Positions 7,788-12,450 of a stretch of 12,450 nt of DNA are shown here, piece by piece. Each line of letters opens with the position of its first letter. Position 1 is the stretch's first letter. The DNA is from an uncultured Aquificales bacterium. Lineage in GTDB: Bacteria; Thermosulfidibacterota; Thermosulfidibacteria; Thermosulfidibacterales; Thermosulfidibacteraceae. The position numbers and the translations under genes were made by a program. Location: positions 1 to 12,450 of the forward strand of contig CAYVOC010000040.1 of assembly GCA_964453345.1 (NCBI GenBank), read 5' to 3'. The notes under the pieces are model-generated. The model did no database searches. It was not told the origin of the DNA and worked only from the letters and a program-made list of their open reading frames with translations.

Positions 7788-8780
7788 ATGTTTGATGGAA
7801 AGGTTGTTCTGGTTACGGGAGGGACGGGTTCCTTTGGCAGGAAGTTCATAAGGTATGTGCTTGAGAACTATGAGCCTGAAAAGGTCATAGTATACTCCAG
7901 AGACGAATACAAACAGTATATAATGCAGCAGGAGCTTGGGGACTTCGCCCCCAGGCTCCGTTTTTTTATAGGTGATGTTCGGGATAAGGAGCGCCTCTAC
8001 AGGGCCTTTGTTGGAGTTGACATAGTTATTCACGCTGCCGCTTTGAAGCATGTGCCCTTGATGGAATACAATCCCATAGAGGCCATCAAGACCAACATCC
8101 ACGGTGCCATAAATGTGATTGACGCTGCCTTGGACAGGGGGGTTGAGAAGGTGATCGCCCTTTCAACGGATAAGGCGGTCAATCCGGTGAACCTCTACGG
8201 TGCCACAAAGCTTGTCTCCGATAAGCTTTTCGTTTCCGCAAACGCCTATGCAGGCAAGGGGCGCACCCGCTTCGCCGTTGTCAGATACGGGAACGTTGCG
8301 GGAAGCAGGGGATCGGTTATCCCCTTTTTCATGAGGCTTGTGAAGAATGGAGCCAGGGAGCTTCCCATAACCGATTTCAGAATGACCCGCTTCTGGATAA
8401 CCCTCGATGAGGGGGTGAGGCTCGTTGAGAGGGCTGTCAGAGAAGCCAAGGGCGGTGAGATATATGTGGCGAAGATCCCCTCTTTCAGGGTGGTTGATCT
8501 TGCAAGGGCCATATGCCCTGACTGTCGGTTGAAGGAGGTGGGGATAAGGGAGGGGGAGAAGCTTCACGAGGTTATGATAGCCGAGGAGGACGCAAGAACA
8601 ACCTACGAGTATGAGGATCACTTTATCATCTACCCCCAGCATCGCTGGTGGAACTGGGATGTGAAGCCCGGGGGCAGAAAGGTTCCCGAGGGTTTCAGAT
8701 ACTCCTCGGACAAGAACGACAGATGGCTTGGGGTGGAGGAGCTGAGGGAGCTGCTCGGCAAGATAGATGTGGTGATGTAG
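7788..8780 (+). CDS. pseB: UDP-N-acetylglucosamine 4,6-dehydratase (inverting), PseB
   Basis: GGTGSFG Rossmann motif, SRDEYKQ, HAAALKHVP, LSTDKA, YGATK catalytic motif, RYGNVAGSRGSVIPFF, MTRFWITL and GIREGEKLHE. ATG 7788 follows a GAGGGGG RBS (TTG 7785 is an alternative start). Confidence 0.93.
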   Translation: MFDGKVVLVTGGTGSFGRKFIRYVLENYEPEKVIVYSRDEYKQYIMQQELGDFAPRLRFFIGDVRDKERLYRAFVGVDIVIHAAALKHVPLMEYNPIEAIKTNIHGAINVIDAALDRGVEKVIALSTDKAVNPVNLYGATKLVSDKLFVSANAYAGKGRTRFAVVRYGNVAGSRGSVIPFFMRLVKNGARELPITDFRMTRFWITLDEGVRLVERAVREAKGGEIYVAKIPSFRVVDLARAICPDCRLKEVGIREGEKLHEVMIAEEDARTTYEYEDHFIIYPQHRWWNWDVKPGGRKVPEGFRYSSDKNDRWLGVEELRELLGKIDVVM

Positions 8781-9923
8781 ATGAGGTTTATCCCCTACGG
8801 CTGGCATTACATAGATGATGAGGACATTGATGCGGTCGTTGAGGTGCTGCGATCCGGCTACCTGACCCAGGGGCCAAAGCTTTCCGAGTTTGAGCGTGCC
8901 CTCGCCCAATACTGCGGTGCGAGGTTCGCCGTCTGCTTTTCAAGCGGAACAGCCGCTCTGCATGCGGCCTACTTCGCCCTCGGACTTGGAGAAGGAGATA
9001 AATTTATAACCACCCCCATTACCTTTGCCGCCACCGCCAATGCCGGGCTGTATCTGGGGGCAAGACCGATCTTTGTGGATGTTGAGCCGGATACGGGAAA
9101 CATACATCCCGATCTTATAGAGGGCGCCTTGACCGATGATTGCCGCCTGATAAGCGTTGTGCACTATGCCGGGCATCCCGTTGATATGGAGAGGATCTGG
9201 AGCATCGCCCGGAGGTATAATCTGAAGGTGGTTGAGGATGCCTGCCATGCCCTTGGCGCCCGCTATAGGGGTGAGCCTGTGGGATGCTGCCGGTATTCCG
9301 ATGCTGCTGTATTCAGCTTCCACCCGGTGAAGCACATCACCACCGCCGAGGGAGGGGCAGTTCTCACCAACGACGAAGAGGTTTATGAGAAACTGCTGCT
9401 TTTCAGAAACCACGGGATAACCAGAAATACAAAAAGATTCCTCTATCCCAGCCACGGCCCCTGGTATTACGAGATGCAGTTTTTAGGCTACAACTACAGG
9501 ATGAATGAGCTTTCCGCGGCCCTTGGAATCAGCCAGCTGAGGAAGCTGGATCTCTTTGTGAGAAGAAGAAGGGAAATAGCCTCCTATTACAGCGAAGCCC
9601 TTTCCGATTTGAAGGGGGTTATGCTTCCCGTGGAAAGGGACTACGCGAAGTCTTCCTATCACCTCTACGTCTTGAGGCTGAAGGGTGATTTTGCGCACAG
9701 AAAAGGGGAGATCTTCTCCAGGCTCAGGGAGATGGGGCTTGGTGTCCAGGTGCACTACATCCCCGTTTATTTGCATCCCCACTATCGCAGACTCGGGTAT
9801 ACACCCGGTCTGTGCCCTGCTGCTGAGGACTTTTACAGAAGGGTCCTTTCCATTCCCATATACCCTGCCATGAGTGATGATGATCTTTTTTACGTGGTGG
9901 ATTGCTTGAGAAAGGTATTATAA
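8781..9923 (+). CDS. pseC: UDP-4-amino-4,6-dideoxy-N-acetyl-beta-L-altrosamine transaminase, PseC (DegT/DnrJ/EryC1/StrS PLP family)
   Basis: IPYG...IDDEDI, LTQGP, EDACHALGA, SFHPVKHITTAEGG (PLP lysine), FRNHGI, GYNYRM and GVQVHYIPVY. Directly abuts pseB. Confidence 0.92.
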   Translation: MRFIPYGWHYIDDEDIDAVVEVLRSGYLTQGPKLSEFERALAQYCGARFAVCFSSGTAALHAAYFALGLGEGDKFITTPITFAATANAGLYLGARPIFVDVEPDTGNIHPDLIEGALTDDCRLISVVHYAGHPVDMERIWSIARRYNLKVVEDACHALGARYRGEPVGCCRYSDAAVFSFHPVKHITTAEGGAVLTNDEEVYEKLLLFRNHGITRNTKRFLYPSHGPWYYEMQFLGYNYRMNELSAALGISQLRKLDLFVRRRREIASYYSEALSDLKGVMLPVERDYAKSSYHLYVLRLKGDFAHRKGEIFSRLREMGLGVQVHYIPVYLHPHYRRLGYTPGLCPAAEDFYRRVLSIPIYPAMSDDDLFYVVDCLRKVL

Positions 9924-9927
9924 CGAA

Positions 9928-9943
9928 CGGCATCCCTTTTGCT
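9928..9943 (+). promoter_or_regulatory. Sigma54 (RpoN) -24/-12 promoter
   Basis: CGGCATCCCTTTTGCT matches the TGGCAC-N5-TTGCW consensus, with GG (9929-9930) and GC (9941-9942) exactly 10 bp apart. It lies in the 59-bp gap, 39 bp before the next ATG. Confidence 0.7.
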
Positions 9944-9982
9944 AAGGCATATCTGTGAGGAATCCATCTGGAGGTGTGAGGG

Positions 9983-10960
9983 ATGGTGGATCTTGTCCCC
10001 TATAGAAAGGGTGTTTATGCAAGTTTCCCCACCTTCGTGGAGCACAATGGATACGTTTACATCTACTACAGGGAGGGGAGAAAAAGCGTCTATCAGGTGC
10101 ACGGTCTCTTCGGCAAGGTGAAGCGCATAAAGGTTTCTTCTTCCGAGTTTATAAAGATGCTTGAGGGGGAGCCTGCAGGGGAGTTTGATGTCAGGGTGGT
10201 CTTCTCCGACAACGACAACGAGCTCGACGCCATAGTGTCAAAGCTTGATGACAATCTTTACTCCCTCTGCACCAGGGTCTCTCTCGTGGGCAAGAGAAAC
10301 GACTGCTATGTCTCCTTCAACAGCGAGCCCGAGTTTAAAGAGAGGCAGCTGGTAAGAATAAGGGGCTTGAGGATAGATGCCTTTTACGGCAAGGCCTTCA
10401 GGTCCCCCCATGGCTATATCTTTCCTGCATACGGATGGTTTGAAAGAGACGGTGAGCAGAGGCCCCTGCTTCTTGTGACGGACACCGAAAAATGGGATGT
10501 GCTCTCATACCTTCCCACCCGCATCAACGGCAACAGACTGAATGAGAGCAGCGTGGTCTATCATCAGGGCGTATGGCACATATTCATGAGGGAGGATGAT
10601 CCGCCCTACGGAATATGGTGGTCCCATTCGGCGGATCTGGTGCACTGGAGCAGTCCCCAGAAGCTCTTTTCAAAGGCCCACGCTCCCATGGCCTGTGTGG
10701 TGAACAACGAGATCCTTCTGGCCTTCAGATATCTGCTCGGCAGAAACAGGCAGGCCGTTGCCTACACCTATCCCTTCTCGTCAAGGATCATACAGATAGC
10801 CGACACCTACTTGGGAGACATGTTCGACGGCGGGTATGCGGATATCGGGGTGGTCAACGGAAGGCTCATCGTGGTATACTACTGGGGCAACACAAGCGGA
10901 AGCCCAACGATCAGATGCAGGATCATAGGCGCCGTGGAGGAGATGGAAAAGGTTGCTTAG
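9983..10960 (+). CDS. Sialidase-like (BNR/Asp-box) beta-propeller protein, no signal peptide; function unknown
   Basis: 325 aa, beta-strand rich, with a GGAGGTG RBS at 9970-9976. Motifs: YASFPTF...YYREG...H; NESSVV...HIFMRE; degenerate Asp-box SHSADLVHWS; C-terminal DGGYADIGVVNGRLIVVYY. This resembles the layout of sialidase/BNR_2-type propellers. Confidence 0.7.
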   Translation: MVDLVPYRKGVYASFPTFVEHNGYVYIYYREGRKSVYQVHGLFGKVKRIKVSSSEFIKMLEGEPAGEFDVRVVFSDNDNELDAIVSKLDDNLYSLCTRVSLVGKRNDCYVSFNSEPEFKERQLVRIRGLRIDAFYGKAFRSPHGYIFPAYGWFERDGEQRPLLLVTDTEKWDVLSYLPTRINGNRLNESSVVYHQGVWHIFMREDDPPYGIWWSHSADLVHWSSPQKLFSKAHAPMACVVNNEILLAFRYLLGRNRQAVAYTYPFSSRIIQIADTYLGDMFDGGYADIGVVNGRLIVVYYWGNTSGSPTIRCRIIGAVEEMEKVA

Positions 10961-10981
10961 AAAGCTTGTCGGGGGATGAGA

Positions 10982-12450
10982 ATGAGGGCTGTGGCCTTTG
11001 TCCCTGTGAGACTCACATCAACCCGGCTTCCCGAAAAGCACCTGAAGTTTATAGGAGATAGAACCCTCTTTTCCTGGGTCATTTCGAGGCTCAAGGCCTG
11101 CAGAAACCTTGATGAAATAGTCGTGTGCGTTCCCGATGAGCCGGAAAGCGAAAAGCTGAAGCCTTTGTGTGATAAAGAGGGAGTTGAGCTTTTCATCTAC
11201 GAGGGCGATGTGAACGATGTTGTGGGAAGGCTCACCACGGCGGCGAAAAGATACAATGCGGACATATGCGTTCTTGCAAGCGGCGACTGTCCCCTGTTAA
11301 GCCCCTCAACCATAGATATGCTTGTAGGCTTCCTGAAGGAGCATCCGGATGTGGATATCGCCTACATCGAACCCCTTGACGGAAAGCCGCCCATACACGA
11401 GGGGATATCCGTTGCAAGAAGGCATGTCTGGGAGCTTGCGGATAGATACTCGGATACCCCGGAGCTGCGGGAGCATCAGTTCCCCGTTCTGGGGGTTTAC
11501 CCTGAAAAATTCGCGCACCTTAAGCGGGCGGGACTCAGAGACAAGGAGATCTTCTACAGGCTGAAGCACAGGATCTCGGTGGACACGCCGAGGGATCTTG
11601 AGTTCATGAACGAGTGCTACAGAAGGCTCAAAGAGAAGGGAAAAGAGTTCACCCTTGAGAATGTGATAGAGCTTTTGCAGGAGAACCCCGATCTTATGAA
11701 GATAAACGCCCATGTTCATCAGAAGGGGCTTCACGAAAAGAGCTATAAGGTCCTTTTTGTGGTGAGCGCCGTTGGGGACTACGGATACGGCAACCTTGTG
11801 AGAAGCCTTGAGATCGCGGACAGGTTGGTGAGCATGGGGGTGGGCGTAAGATTTTTTGTCTTTGACCATGAGGCAAAGAGAATGTGTGAGGAGAGGGCCT
11901 TTCATGCAGAGATCATAGGGGAGCTTTCGGAACTCGCTTCAAAGGCGGCCAGCTACCACATGGTGATCTTTGATCTAAACAGAGACATAGCCCTTGAGGA
12001 AGGGCTGGTTGAGCGCGTCAAAGAGTATGGCAAGGTTGTGGTTATAGACAACACCAGCCCCGGTGCTCTGAAGGCGGATCTGGTGATAATTCCCACTGCC
12101 CACTATACGGGAGAGGATCGCAATAATCTGATCTGGGGGCCGGAGTATGTGGTTGTATCGTCCGATGTGATGAAGGCCAAGAATAAAAATGTTCCCAAGC
12201 GGGACGTGGTTCTTGCAAGGGTTGATGAAGAATACCAGGATTGCGTGGAGCTTTTGTGGAAGAAGGTTGAGTTTGTCCGGGGTTTTGGCAGGGATTTTGC
12301 CGAAAGAATCAAGGGGGCAAGACTTTGCGTTTTCCATTTAGGACTTTCCTGCTATGAAGCCCTCTATCTTGGCACGCCCGTAGAGATTATCCCGAGAACC
12401 CCTGAAGAGCTGCCCGAAATAGAGGCCTTCTACAGGTTCGCCCATTCAGG
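10982..12450 (+). CDS. Fusion of SpsF/PseF-type cytidylyltransferase and PseG/SpsG-like GT-B domain (3'-partial; not in ORF track)
   Basis: My translation is open from ATG 10976/10982 to the window end. The N-terminal ~250 aa read MRAVAFVPVRLTSTRLPEKHLK...GDVNDVVGR...SGDCPLL...REHQFP...RISVDTPRDLEF...ENPDLMKINAHVHQK (SpsF-like). From ~11740: KVLFVVSAVGDYGYGNLVRSLEIA...VIFD...VVVID...DLVIIP...GPEYVVV...GLSCYEALYLGTP (PseG/SpsG-like). Confidence 0.88.
   Translation, partial: MRAVAFVPVRLTSTRLPEKHLKFIGDRTLFSWVISRLKACRNLDEIVVCVPDEPESEKLKPLCDKEGVELFIYEGDVNDVVGRLTTAAKRYNADICVLASGDCPLLSPSTIDMLVGFLKEHPDVDIAYIEPLDGKPPIHEGISVARRHVWELADRYSDTPELREHQFPVLGVYPEKFAHLKRAGLRDKEIFYRLKHRISVDTPRDLEFMNECYRRLKEKGKEFTLENVIELLQENPDLMKINAHVHQKGLHEKSYKVLFVVSAVGDYGYGNLVRSLEIADRLVSMGVGVRFFVFDHEAKRMCEERAFHAEIIGELSELASKAASYHMVIFDLNRDIALEEGLVERVKEYGKVVVIDNTSPGALKADLVIIPTAHYTGEDRNNLIWGPEYVVVSSDVMKAKNKNVPKRDVVLARVDEEYQDCVELLWKKVEFVRGFGRDFAERIKGARLCVFHLGLSCYEALYLGTPVEIIPRTPEELPEIEAFYRFAHS

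Noticed and set aside
10615-11061. Alternative-frame plus-strand ORFs (also 926-1138, 4773-5051, 5951-6271, 6105-6293, 9939-10121)
   Set aside because: They overlap better-supported genes in other frames and show no family motifs.

Overview
The window is a gene-dense, all plus-strand bacterial segment. Heavy AGG/AGA-Arg and ATA-Ile codon use and Glu/Lys/Arg-rich proteins suggest a thermophile (inference). It has three parts. (1) 44-6108: a TetR-headed MacAB-TolC-type export operon (TetR, TolC-family channel, lipoprotein membrane-fusion protein, stand-alone ABC ATPase, two different MacB/FtsX-type permeases), preceded by a perfect 7-bp inverted repeat that is the likely TetR operator. (2) 6163-7746: a divergent LctP-family (L-lactate/glycolate) permease whose RBS and start codon can be sequestered by an upstream complementary sequence. 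(3) 7788 to window end: the start of a pseudaminic-acid-type (nonulosonic acid) biosynthesis cluster. It runs pseB, pseC, a well-formed sigma54 (-24/-12) promoter, a cytoplasmic sialidase-like beta-propeller protein, and an ORF absent from the ORF track because it runs off the window. That ORF fuses an SpsF-type cytidylyltransferase to a PseG/SpsG-like domain with Asn in place of the catalytic His. The sialidase-like gene plus the degenerate PseG fusion is the most unusual element. No mobile elements, RNA genes, CRISPR arrays or clear intrinsic terminators were seen.
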